Origin: a virus
Direction: 5' to 3' (one strand)
Virus record (IMG/VR): IMGVR_UViG_3300009008_000003
DNA length: 64,000 nucleotides
The translations under genes were made by a program, and so were the position numbers. This document shows, piece by piece, positions 24,349-33,367 of the stretch. Position 1 is the first letter of the stretch; each line of letters begins with the position of its first letter. The notes beneath the pieces were generated by a model that saw nothing but the letters and a program-made list of their open reading frames with translations, was not told the DNA's origin and ran no database searches.

Positions 24349-24377
24349 ATTATACTAAAAATTGTATGAAATGTCAA
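24349..24377 (-). promoter_or_regulatory. consensus sigma70 promoter upstream of the tmRNA/tRNA block
   Basis: TTGACA-17 nt-TATAAT. Confidence 0.85.
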
Positions 24378-24380
24378 ATA

Positions 24381-24601
24381 GCCCTGCAGCAAGTCCAGGG
24401 CATGGAGGCTGCTCTTTTGGATGCCTCTTTCGCCAACCTGTCACCTAAAAATCCATGCTCCGGTCTCCCAGCTACACTTCGTTACCTTTAGGTCAATCTC
24501 TACTGGCATTGTCTATATATAAACGGACTTTCCCGTACCAGTCTACCAAGACCTTATCTGGCTGACTCCACCTGTACCTGTATAGGGTCAGGAATCAAGT
24601 C
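24381..24601 (-). ncRNA. unassigned structured RNA candidate
   Basis: ACUGGUA/UGCCAGU three-way junction, GCAUGGA/UCCAUGC, GGUCU/AGACC, terminal GCCCUG/CAGGGC. Confidence 0.5.
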
Positions 24602-24666
24602 TAATTAAATAGGAGCTTAACATGAAAAGTTAAACACCATCTGCGTATTTCTTATACCACAAAATT

Positions 24667-25557
24667 TTAAAAATTTCCATAATTCACCTGAAAGCAAGGG
24701 AGCCCAAGATCTTTACGCCAAAGATCAACTACTTGATCTCTATCATCAAGGACGAATTCAACAAAGTATTTATCCTTAATATGCTTCTCGTAAAGCTCAC
24801 GTTTAACAATCGAGTCTTTTCGCGTATCTCCCGCAGCTCTCATAAAAACCTTATCATATACTATTGCATTTTTATCAAGCCATTCTATGCTTGCATCTTT
24901 AGCTACTCCGTCCCGACCTGACAAGATTATTATGCTAATTTTATAACCTTCGAAAAAGGCTGCCTGCGCTACTAATGAGGCCACAGGTTCATTGACTTTA
25001 TCGTCGCCAACTTTATCCCAATCAAAAGGTCCACGTTGACCAGCAAACAATGCAAGTGTTCCATCCAGATCAACAAGTATAGCTGCAGGCAAAGAGTTAT
25101 CCTGCTTAGCAGCAAAAGAAGCTTCAGGTGTCTTTACATACTGGTCATGCATATCACGAATAACCTTTTCGCCTACTGAATTGGGTCGGCCAAGATCACG
25201 CTTAATACATTCATCAAGTGGAAGATCAAAATCTTTTACCTCAACTATAATGTTGGTACCTTGGACCTGGTTAAAGGTCTTAACTAAGCTTTGTATAGTA
25301 GTCAGGTGTGATGGGTGAAAGTTAGTATCATCAATGATAACACTTTTGCCATCAGACAATGCTTTGAGCATTAAATCGTTTCTGACCTGTTTGACAAATT
25401 TCTCATTGTCTCTGGACCAATGACTTACATCAAGCATAGCACGAAGATCATCCTTGTTTATCCGCTTATACCTCCCAGGATGAGCAGCAACCATCTCTTT
25501 AGCCCAAGTGGATTTCCCGGAAGCGGGCAACCCTCTTAGGAAATGTACTTTTCTCAT
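24667..25557 (-). CDS. pseT: polynucleotide 5'-kinase/3'-phosphatase (T4 Pnkp-like)
   Basis: GLPASGKSTWA, RINKDDLR, DLDGTLA HAD motif, LDDRDQVVDLWR. Confidence 0.95.
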   Translation of the reverse strand: MRKVHFLRGLPASGKSTWAKEMVAAHPGRYKRINKDDLRAMLDVSHWSRDNEKFVKQVRNDLMLKALSDGKSVIIDDTNFHPSHLTTIQSLVKTFNQVQGTNIIVEVKDFDLPLDECIKRDLGRPNSVGEKVIRDMHDQYVKTPEASFAAKQDNSLPAAILVDLDGTLALFAGQRGPFDWDKVGDDKVNEPVASLVAQAAFFEGYKISIIILSGRDGVAKDASIEWLDKNAIVYDKVFMRAAGDTRKDSIVKRELYEKHIKDKYFVEFVLDDRDQVVDLWRKDLGLPCFQVNYGNF

Positions 25558-26663
25558 TTATTCTCCTTATGTTCAAAATCCCACCAAACCGCTTTCCAGA
25601 CGAGCTTCATTACCATTTTCTCTTTCTTATCCCACATGGCAAAGAGTAGTCCTGGGTCTTTATATCGTTGGAAAGTTTTGGCCACGTATTTACGTTCGTC
25701 TTCATCTCTTAATCTTGTATCAATAATGAAGTTTAAAGCATCCCAAGAATACTTAGCATAACTCTCCTTGAATTCCTTGACAAGTTTATCCACCCACTCC
25801 CAGTGTTCCTCAAGAACACCTTCTTTGAGCTTATCTATTTCGTCGTTTACAAGATACTCGAATACTTTCTTTGGAGTTAGGGATACACGCATGCGTTGTA
25901 ACTCCTTGTATTCTTCGAATTTAACCTTAACGCGAAGGTTGCTTGGACGATAGTGTACAACTACACCTTCCTTATTTTGGAAGATATCCTCTGTGCCCCG
26001 TTTTACAAGCTGATCAAAATCACTTTCATAAACTGTATGGCTTGGAGTATATTCTACCGGCATAGGAAATCCCGGGTTATAGTAATCTAGCTCTTCCCCG
26101 GTAGCTGTGTTGATAACCGTTATAAGATAAAGAGCTTCTTCATCTCCGTAATCAAGTACAAGCCTATCTTCGGCTCTATCTTCTGGGTAGATAATTTCGA
26201 ATTGATATGTGTAGTTGGGGTTAAGCTGATTCAGCAAGTGGCTATATTTTTTATTTAATATTTCATTAGCTCTTATAGCTTGCCGGGAGTCAAATGATCC
26301 TCTGGTAGCAATATAAGGCTTATCGCCCATGAAATACATAATGCCGGCATAACCATCTAGCTTATCTTGTATTACATAGTCATCGTCTGGTAGTACGATT
26401 CCCTGGTCTTTCAATTCATTATAATTAAAGAACTTAGGAATAGGACGAGAAATTATTTTAAACTCATTAGTAGATGTATCTACGATAAGACCTCTACACT
26501 GGCAGATAACGTCGTTCCAGCGCCAATTGAACATGGCCTTATGAGCATAGTTATAAATAACTAAAGCGGGGTTGTCAGGATGTACTTGTTTTCTTATATA
26601 TCCCTCAAGGATCATTTCGTCAATGGCGAATTCGTCCTCCATTGTCAAGATTCTATTAAGCAT
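25554..26663 (-). CDS. T4 RNA ligase 1-like
   Basis: CRGLI, PKFFN, KLDG (motif I), EGVVV, RVKVK; adjacent to Pnkp. Confidence 0.9.
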   Translation of the reverse strand: MLNRILTMEDEFAIDEMILEGYIRKQVHPDNPALVIYNYAHKAMFNWRWNDVICQCRGLIVDTSTNEFKIISRPIPKFFNYNELKDQGIVLPDDDYVIQDKLDGYAGIMYFMGDKPYIATRGSFDSRQAIRANEILNKKYSHLLNQLNPNYTYQFEIIYPEDRAEDRLVLDYGDEEALYLITVINTATGEELDYYNPGFPMPVEYTPSHTVYESDFDQLVKRGTEDIFQNKEGVVVHYRPSNLRVKVKFEEYKELQRMRVSLTPKKVFEYLVNDEIDKLKEGVLEEHWEWVDKLVKEFKESYAKYSWDALNFIIDTRLRDEDERKYVAKTFQRYKDPGLLFAMWDKKEKMVMKLVWKAVWWDFEHKENK

Positions 26664-27106
26664 AGTTCCTCCAATATTGGTTTAAGCACTTTCTTCTGCG
26701 CTTCGTTTACCATAAATAATAACATGGTTCCATCAACCAAGAGATAATCGTCTACCTCTGGTTTTGTTTTTCTATCTATATCTGAAACAAAAGTAGAGGC
26801 ACATTTAAGTTTAGATAAATCTATTTCGTGTACTTGTATAGAAAATACAGCCATATTTTTATTTTTTATATATGAGTAAGTATCGTGGTAGGTTATAGCA
26901 GACGCGGCTACCCCGTCGTCATCAAAAACCAGTCCGGTTTCTTCTTCCACTTCTCTAAGCGCAGTACTTATTAGAAGTTCGCCATCTTCTTGAACACCTT
27001 TCGGCAGAGACCAGAAATCATGTTCGGTTACATGGCATAGCAATATCCTGTTGGTTTTTTTATCTATTATTATAGTTGCAGCTGTTGTAACCATTTTGAT
27101 CTCCAA
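26645..27106 (-). CDS. Nudix hydrolase
   Basis: PKGVQEDGE...TALREVEEETG. Confidence 0.9.
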   Translation of the reverse strand: MEIKMVTTAATIIIDKKTNRILLCHVTEHDFWSLPKGVQEDGELLISTALREVEEETGLVFDDDGVAASAITYHDTYSYIKNKNMAVFSIQVHEIDLSKLKCASTFVSDIDRKTKPEVDDYLLVDGTMLLFMVNEAQKKVLKPILEELCLIES

Positions 27107-27143
27107 TTAAATAAGCGGGGCAGTTGCCCACCCCGCATATTGA

Positions 27144-28529
27144 TTAACTATTTATTCTAGCGCGTACTTCTTCGAAAGTAGTGGGATTAACTACTTTACC
27201 GTTCTCGAATACTGTCTGTAAAAGATCCGGTGCCGCTGGAAAAGAATCTTCAGGTTCGGTTGTGTATGTACTATCGCCGGTTAGCATGAGTTTCAGACGA
27301 CCTCGTTTGGAATTCTTAGAAGCCATTGTCTTTGGCTCTTTGTAGATATCGCGGTGTTCACCATCAACGACAGCATCGCAGCATTTGAAAGCAAACTGGC
27401 AGGTATCGCGATCAAACTTTTGCAGTAAACCGCCGCCGGAACCAAAAGCTATATTATCAGCTGAGAATTTTTCAGCTTTCATAGCTGATAGGATTGTCCT
27501 GATCATTTCGCGGTCAATTCCATCGCCTTGGATAATACGCACGTGTGGATCCAAAACACGATAACCCTTATCGTTGGTAGTTCCCCCGAAACGCTCCCAA
27601 AGAATACGTAGTACATTGAGTACCACTGTAGGAGGATCACCGCTATCCGGACGTATCACAAGAGTGCCCTCGCGTGAAAGAACTTCTTCTTTCAATGCTG
27701 TTCCCCAAAGATTACGACAGGCATTGTAGATATCGTATTGATCCGAAACACAGGCTACCAGGCCGGTTGGGTACTTTACCAGCATGTTGCGGAAGGCCTC
27801 TACTTCGCCGTCTTTGAGCCAAGCTGTCATAGTACTATGTTCTGAGGCAGGAATAGAGAACCCGATTTCTTTGTACTTGCCGTCATAATACTCGTTGGCA
27901 AAATGAAGCGCTGGTAGGGTGTCTGTCCCCAAGAAGCTGGTCAAATGTGCCATACCGCCTATACCGGCTTGTTCCATGCAGGTTACCCCGCGACAACCGA
28001 AATCATGTAATTTGAAGCCGATTGTTTCTGGGGTGCCCGTGGCTTCCAGGAATTCAAGAATGATTTTCTTGCATTCGTAAGAGTTTGTTGCTATTGTGGT
28101 TGGATACCATGTTTGTACTAGCAACGTCTCCAAATAATTTGTTAACCAATAGAATTCCGGGTCGGTATTTTCAACTGTCATCAAAACATTCCTTATAGGG
28201 ATCTTAGTGCCCTCTGGAACAGCTTTAATACGGATAGGCAAAATACCACCATGCTTTTCATATAGATGTCCCCAGCCCGCCAGATTAAACAACTCTTTGT
28301 TGCCGAAATGGTGGCCAGCGATAGTCTCTGCTTCCAGTACATCACTCGGGGTAAATGCTATGCCTTCAAAAAACCTTTTGATTATGTATTGAAGACCAAA
28401 AAAGATTGTTGCAGGGAATTCTCCTCCGCGCGATTCGAAGTAAGAATACACCTGCTCGGTACATGGCGGATACTGGGGCCAGTGAGTCATTTTATAGCTG
28501 TCAGTCAGCATCAGAAGATTGTTCAGCAT
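27144..28529 (-). CDS. nadV: nicotinamide phosphoribosyltransferase
   Basis: TDSYK..H, LHDFG.RG, SIPASEHS, VIRPDSGDP, IIQGDG, FGSGGGLLQK. Confidence 0.95.
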   Translation of the reverse strand: MLNNLLMLTDSYKMTHWPQYPPCTEQVYSYFESRGGEFPATIFFGLQYIIKRFFEGIAFTPSDVLEAETIAGHHFGNKELFNLAGWGHLYEKHGGILPIRIKAVPEGTKIPIRNVLMTVENTDPEFYWLTNYLETLLVQTWYPTTIATNSYECKKIILEFLEATGTPETIGFKLHDFGCRGVTCMEQAGIGGMAHLTSFLGTDTLPALHFANEYYDGKYKEIGFSIPASEHSTMTAWLKDGEVEAFRNMLVKYPTGLVACVSDQYDIYNACRNLWGTALKEEVLSREGTLVIRPDSGDPPTVVLNVLRILWERFGGTTNDKGYRVLDPHVRIIQGDGIDREMIRTILSAMKAEKFSADNIAFGSGGGLLQKFDRDTCQFAFKCCDAVVDGEHRDIYKEPKTMASKNSKRGRLKLMLTGDSTYTTEPEDSFPAAPDLLQTVFENGKVVNPTTFEEVRARINS

Positions 28530-29493
28530 TGTTTTCTTCCTCCAGTTTGAGATAATCTACCAAAGCGGCTTTTAACACGGTATGTGCAGGAACCATTTGC
28601 AATCCCACATGGTTATCTGTAAGATGTTTGAAGGGGATCCATTTTACTTCAACGATATCGTCAGCAAATTTAGCAGCACCATATAAATAATCTACGGCAA
28701 AGAAAGCTGTTGTAACTTTATCGTCTTCGTTTTTATATCGCCAATCATCTATGAAATAGCTACCTATATAAGAAGGGGGTCCGAATTCCATGTCATAGGC
28801 AGTTTCTTCCCTGGCTTCACGTCTGGCAGCTTCTTCGAAAGATTCTCCTGGATCTACATGGCCGCCTATAAAACGCCAACCTTTTTCCCCCTCTTTTCTG
28901 CCAAGCAGCACTTCTTCCTTATTCCGATTCAGTATGGCTATGTCAACTGTGGAAATTACAGCAGGAAATTTATTACGAGTTGCCCAGACTACTCCGGCTC
29001 TAAATTCTGGAGTATCGATTACTCTATTACCAAGTCTATTCCTCAGCTCGGTACCTCGGTACTCTTTAACATATTCCCGGGGTACCAGTTCTTGTGTTGG
29101 GTATTTGCCGGAATAGTGCGCTATGAAAGAGTCTGTACCGCCGTACAGTAAAGCAGTTTGTCTTGGCCCTAGCAAATGATGTATCCCCGCGTCTAGCGAT
29201 ATAGACCAGGTTTCATCGCTGAGACAATCAGAAATAGGACAAATAGCCATTTTTGAAAAGTCTTCTGGGAAGCTGCTGGCAATCATTTGTTGCCTACTCA
29301 TGTAATCTAGTGGATTTCTGGAGGTTGTTGGCTGATGGCCTATGCCTAGAAATATGATGACCTTATCATGGCGATCCAATACTGTCTGTATTAAATCTTT
29401 GTGGACTCTGGTCAACTCATGTACTTGGAATCGACCTACAATCACTCCTACATCAGCTTCTTGTATGGATTTATTTTCCATTTTTACCTCCAT
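28501..29493 (-). CDS. bifunctional NMN adenylyltransferase / Nudix hydrolase (NadM-Nudix)
   Basis: VIVGRFQVHELTRVH, RNPLDY, GGHVDPGESFEEAARREAREET. Confidence 0.92.
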   Translation of the reverse strand: MEVKMENKSIQEADVGVIVGRFQVHELTRVHKDLIQTVLDRHDKVIIFLGIGHQPTTSRNPLDYMSRQQMIASSFPEDFSKMAICPISDCLSDETWSISLDAGIHHLLGPRQTALLYGGTDSFIAHYSGKYPTQELVPREYVKEYRGTELRNRLGNRVIDTPEFRAGVVWATRNKFPAVISTVDIAILNRNKEEVLLGRKEGEKGWRFIGGHVDPGESFEEAARREAREETAYDMEFGPPSYIGSYFIDDWRYKNEDDKVTTAFFAVDYLYGAAKFADDIVEVKWIPFKHLTDNHVGLQMVPAHTVLKAALVDYLKLEEENNAEQSSDAD

Positions 29494-29875
29494 TTAGTAA
29501 CAGGAATATTGTTTCTTGACTATCTATAAAAGGAGCGTATTCGGGGGAGTTATCTATCAATATACCTACCTTGAATTCTTTGCATAGCTCCCCTTTAGAC
29601 TTCCACCAGGTTTCATCGTCTGTCCACCAGGTCCCTTTCTCATCTAGTTTCATTACGGCATTTTTATAGTGCAAATAGTCTACGATGGAAATTACATGAT
29701 CAAAATGTATTCCTCTCTTGTACCCATATTTTTCCAACTTGCGAACAACGTCGGGTCTGGGCGGTCCCGACATGATAGATATATCTATCCCGTTGTCTTT
29801 TAAAAGTGCCATTATTGGCTGGAAAATGTTGGGATATTCTGTTAACACCCCGTGCATGTCGAAAGCTATGTGCAT
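29471..29875 (-). CDS. HAD-like protein
   Basis: FDMHGVL (variant DxDGVL), MSG, ILIDN. Confidence 0.6.
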   Translation of the reverse strand: MHIAFDMHGVLTEYPNIFQPIMALLKDNGIDISIMSGPPRPDVVRKLEKYGYKRGIHFDHVISIVDYLHYKNAVMKLDEKGTWWTDDETWWKSKGELCKEFKVGILIDNSPEYAPFIDSQETIFLLLNGGKNGK

Positions 29876-29886
29876 GATTACCTCAT

Positions 29887-30384
29887 TTATAAATAACCCT
29901 CTGCTATCCTTTTTATATTTTCAACGTGTTCGTCTAAAGTAGTTGCTATATTCGCTGCAGTTTTTTTATTGACGAGATCAACTTGTATTCTAACGTCTTG
30001 TTCCCTAAGGTAGCCAGGTTCTATGCCAATGGTGACAATATCTGGTACCCAAGAATTATATAGACCCGCAATTGCTAGGTTTCGTCCTAGTTCGTACATG
30101 CATATAGGTTGAACAGACGCGCTGTTAACAAACCACATGCTGAAGATATCACAGCTATTTATTGCCTGAAATTCCCATTCTACCTGTTCTCTAGCGGCTG
30201 ATGGATCATCTATAGGAAAATTTTTTCTCCTTGGATTGAGCAAAAGCATATCTTCGTCTTTTAATTTTTCTACAACTTCATCTTGCCATGTCGGGCAGTT
30301 TGTTATTCCGCCGGCTAAAAATACAACCGGTATACTAAATTCATACCTGTCTTTTATAGAGTCAGGTGCTGTTATTAATTTCAT
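29887..30384 (-). CDS. nucleoside 2-deoxyribosyltransferase-like protein
   Basis: VFLAGGITNCPTWQ, LNPRR, QVEWE, ICMYELG. Confidence 0.85.
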   Translation of the reverse strand: MKLITAPDSIKDRYEFSIPVVFLAGGITNCPTWQDEVVEKLKDEDMLLLNPRRKNFPIDDPSAAREQVEWEFQAINSCDIFSMWFVNSASVQPICMYELGRNLAIAGLYNSWVPDIVTIGIEPGYLREQDVRIQVDLVNKKTAANIATTLDEHVENIKRIAEGYL

Positions 30385-30395
30385 TTAAATTTTCC

Positions 30396-30728
30396 TTATA
30401 AAGCCATAACCAAAGCTATCCATACTATATGTAATAACTGATCTGTTACTATGTACCCTAGTGGGAACATTGGGTGATCTTCCTTCAGGAAGTTTTTTCT
30501 ATTAAAAGTTCGTAACCACCAGGATACGAATTGTGTTCTGTCTATTGCGTAGTGTTGTACTGCTATTAGCAAAAATTTCCACCATACCATTCCGGGAACT
30601 AGTAAGAATAAAACCATATATATGCACACATGGCGCAAACATATCAAGGTACTTTCTTTTTTTGCTAAAGCGGTGCCATCGCCTTGAAACAGCCAATCGC
30701 CAATAAAGTGTGCTAATAACCAATGCAT
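30396..30728 (-). CDS. DUF3307-like membrane protein
   Basis: LLAHFIGDWLFQ, HV.IY, HYAID, DQLLH. Confidence 0.85.
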   Translation of the reverse strand: MHWLLAHFIGDWLFQGDGTALAKKESTLICLRHVCIYMVLFLLVPGMVWWKFLLIAVQHYAIDRTQFVSWWLRTFNRKNFLKEDHPMFPLGYIVTDQLLHIVWIALVMAL

Positions 30729-30838
30729 TTTACTCTCCTATATTGTCTCTGAGCTCCTCATTTAAATTGAATACATGGGTTTCCTTCAATTCATATTCAA
30801 CGATCTCACAAGATTCATATATACGTCTTCTACGATTA

Positions 30839-31036
30839 TTAGGACCTAAATATTTTCTTAACATAGAAAGGTGACTTCTTTAATGGTCCGAATCTCCAAG
30901 TTTTGCCACCCTTGGTAAAGCGTGGGTAACTTCCCCCGTTAGAAAATTTACCCTCTGGGTTTCTTATTTTATATAATTTCATTTTTATGCTCCTAGAATA
31001 AAAAAAAGCCCGCCGTATTGACGGGCTTTCGATCAT
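30839..31036 (-). CDS. hypothetical protein (true start likely MKLYKIR)
   Basis: ORF; annotated 5' part overlaps the terminator. Confidence 0.45.
   Translation of the reverse strand: MIESPSIRRAFFYSRSIKMKLYKIRNPEGKFSNGGSYPRFTKGGKTWRFGPLKKSPFYVKKIFRS
31000..31029 (-). terminator. intrinsic terminator
   Basis: GCCCG/CGGGC hairpin followed by a U8 tract on the minus strand. Confidence 0.75.
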
Positions 31037-31061
31037 ATCATCTCGGCAATAAACCTAATAT

Positions 31062-32348
31062 TTAAGGTTTAATACCGGTTTCACGGGAAGATGGACGAGT
31101 ATCAACTTCAAAAGCTCCCATTACTTCTGCCATCTTGAGATCAAGTAATCCCTGGATAGAAGCATCGTACGGAGCTACGCCACCGGAACCGTCGTCAGTA
31201 GCAGTTCCTCCTGCAAAGAAGTAGGTAGGTACGGGACGATAACGAACCGCCTCGGCATTTGCCAGGCCTACTGTTTCCAGCGTTTTCATCTTAAGCTCGA
31301 ATCCGCCATCAGCATAGAATACAGAACGACGATAATTAGCATCGGCGGCTGCTTCCATGTCGCGTGCTTTCTTGTAGTTGCGAGCTTCTTCAACACGGAT
31401 TTCAGCAACCGAGCGTTTACGTGCAGCTTCAATAGTAGCAGTGAGTGAATCAACACGGGCCTGTTCAATCACCGGTGCAAGTTCTTGTAGCTTAGCATAC
31501 CGAGCTTCCGTAACCGCTTTGCGGCCCTGGAACTCGGCACGTTCAGCTTCAGACTTGGCAAGCTCAGATTGCGCCCGGGCTGTTTGGATTTCAGAATTAA
31601 TCTGTTTCTGTCTATCCTGTTGGGCCTCGACGCGGGCGTCATATTTAAACTGTTCAATGTTGAACATGTCTGCCATTATACCATAGGTATCAAAAATACC
31701 AGTAGTTGATCTCAGCGGGGTTATGCCGTCGTCTGCGTATAAAATACGAGCTACAGTACGTTTCTGGGTTTTAGGCGGAGACATGGTAGAATCCACCACA
31801 ACACGTTCGTTGGTTTCATATTGATAGTCACCGTATAGCAACTGATCGATACATAATTCGTAGAACCGTTGGCGACCATCGCCTTGCCAGGTTTCGCGAG
31901 CTTCAAAGACCGGACCTGTTTTCTTGATAGCATTAATAAGACGCGGGTGGATCATGTTTTGCGATAGATCTTCAATGCCGGTAAAATTATGCTCTGTTCG
32001 CAGTTGTAACCGCTGCAGATTATTTGTAGGCAGGATAATACGAAGATTTCCTAACAAATCGGCAGTGGTAGCATCGTTGAAGCGGGCAACAGGTTTCTGC
32101 CGTCCTTCCTGAATGAAGTTATGAGTGTAGTTTTTAGGCCACTTATCCTGTATTTCCAGGAAATTCACATAAAATCCAGGTTGGTCATATACTTTCATAT
32201 TACCAGTGTACATCTGCTGAGTAACATGATAGGTGCCAGATTCTACGCTGTTAGCACCCTTTACCAGGGCCCAAATGGCCAACAATAGTACCACAGCTAC
32301 AAGACCAGTTAAAACCTTTTTCCACAAAGGTTTACTTGTGCTTGACAT
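31062..32348 (-). CDS. SPFH/band-7 membrane protein
   Basis: N-terminal TM helix, SPFH core, Ala/Glu coiled coil. Confidence 0.8.
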   Translation of the reverse strand: MSSTSKPLWKKVLTGLVAVVLLLAIWALVKGANSVESGTYHVTQQMYTGNMKVYDQPGFYVNFLEIQDKWPKNYTHNFIQEGRQKPVARFNDATTADLLGNLRIILPTNNLQRLQLRTEHNFTGIEDLSQNMIHPRLINAIKKTGPVFEARETWQGDGRQRFYELCIDQLLYGDYQYETNERVVVDSTMSPPKTQKRTVARILYADDGITPLRSTTGIFDTYGIMADMFNIEQFKYDARVEAQQDRQKQINSEIQTARAQSELAKSEAERAEFQGRKAVTEARYAKLQELAPVIEQARVDSLTATIEAARKRSVAEIRVEEARNYKKARDMEAAADANYRRSVFYADGGFELKMKTLETVGLANAEAVRYRPVPTYFFAGGTATDDGSGGVAPYDASIQGLLDLKMAEVMGAFEVDTRPSSRETGIKP

Positions 32349-32604
32349 TTTTTTCCTCCAATTTTTCCGTTTGTTTTTCTACCTTTTCCGTTTGTTTGTC
32401 GGTGTTGATAATTTTTTCTGTCAGATCAAGTTCTTCTTCAGCATCTTTAAGGTGCTGTTCTTTATCTATCAGATCCTTTCGTTTATCCTTTACTATTTTA
32501 TCTTTGGTTTTTCGTGTGGTTGTTTTACGGTTAAACACCCAGTAAAGAAGTAATAAGGCTGCAATTACTATTACTAGCCTTATTATCATAACTGCAACAA
32601 TCAT
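32332..32604 (-). CDS. small membrane/coiled-coil protein
   Basis: TM helix plus charged tail; upstream of SPFH. Confidence 0.65.
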   Translation of the reverse strand: MIVAVMIIRLVIVIAALLLLYWVFNRKTTTRKTKDKIVKDKRKDLIDKEQHLKDAEEELDLTEKIINTDKQTEKVEKQTEKLEEKNVKHK

Positions 32605-32810
32605 CTTTTCTCCTGCCTGTTGTTCTTTCTACGTGACGGTTTTAATGAGTAGTTTGGAACAGGGTCAGTAAAATTTTTTATTTTAACCCTGTTAACCTCG
32701 GTACCGCTTTGAATAATAGCTCCGCATGTACTACAAATATTGCTCCCGCATACATTGATCATATCCATAATAGCGCAGCATTCTGGGCATACGAACTTAG
32801 TTGTTTTCAC
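32601..32810 (-). CDS. zinc-ribbon hypothetical protein
   Basis: CPEC..CSTC. Confidence 0.5.
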   Translation of the reverse strand: MKTTKFVCPECCAIMDMINVCGSNICSTCGAIIQSGTEVNRVKIKNFTDPVPNYSLKPSRRKNNRQEKR

Positions 32811-32908
32811 GTGCGTTCTCCCTGTTATAAAAAAAGCCCGGAATCAACCGAGCAATAAATGTATTTAGACTTTAAACTATGTATCTTATACCATAATTGA
32901 GGAGATAT

Positions 32909-33091
32909 TTAGTAGGGATTACCTAGCAACTCTACCGTGGGTATTATGAATTTAGACTCAAAAAAGTCGAATTCATCTTTTATGACTTCTAAATCATCTT
33001 TAGCTTTAATCATAAATTCTAATATAGGATCACCTTCTTCTATATTAAAGTCTTCCTCTTCGCTAGCGTCGTATTCTATATATTTACCCAT
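32909..33091 (-). CDS. acidic hypothetical protein
   Basis: ORF track. Confidence 0.45.
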   Translation of the reverse strand: MGKYIEYDASEEEDFNIEEGDPILEFMIKAKDDLEVIKDEFDFFESKFIIPTVELLGNPY

Positions 33092-33120
33092 AAAAAAGAT
33101 AGCCGGGGATACCCCGGCTA
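33092..33120 (-). terminator. intrinsic terminator
   Basis: TAGCCGGGG/CCCCGGCTA hairpin plus U-tract. Confidence 0.65.
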
Positions 33121-33130
33121 CTTATATTCG

Positions 33131-33355
33131 TTAACCTATTATTTGAGAATTGTCAAATATTAGTAGTTTTTCTGCTATATCGTTCCAATCAATTTCCTCA
33201 TCGAAATCAGCAAGAGTGGGGACGTTGTCGTCAATAAAATCCTTAACTAACGCGGCTAAAAGCGTTGGTTCGAAATCGGATAACATTCGCATGTTATTGA
33301 GATTGTCCGGATAATTTTCTTTTAACTCATCGATCACAACTTGTTCTAATTCCAT
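33131..33355 (-). CDS. hypothetical protein
   Basis: ORF after the RNR gene. Confidence 0.5.
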   Translation of the reverse strand: MELEQVVIDELKENYPDNLNNMRMLSDFEPTLLAALVKDFIDDNVPTLADFDEEIDWNDIAEKLLIFDNSQIIG

Positions 33356-33367
33356 TTGTAAACTCCT

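Noticed and set aside
24527-24537. GGGAAAGUCCG resembling the RNase P RNA GAGGAAAGUCC signature
   Set aside because: No matching P4 partner (ACAGAA-CCCGGCUUA-like) near a 3' end; here the motif folds as a local hairpin
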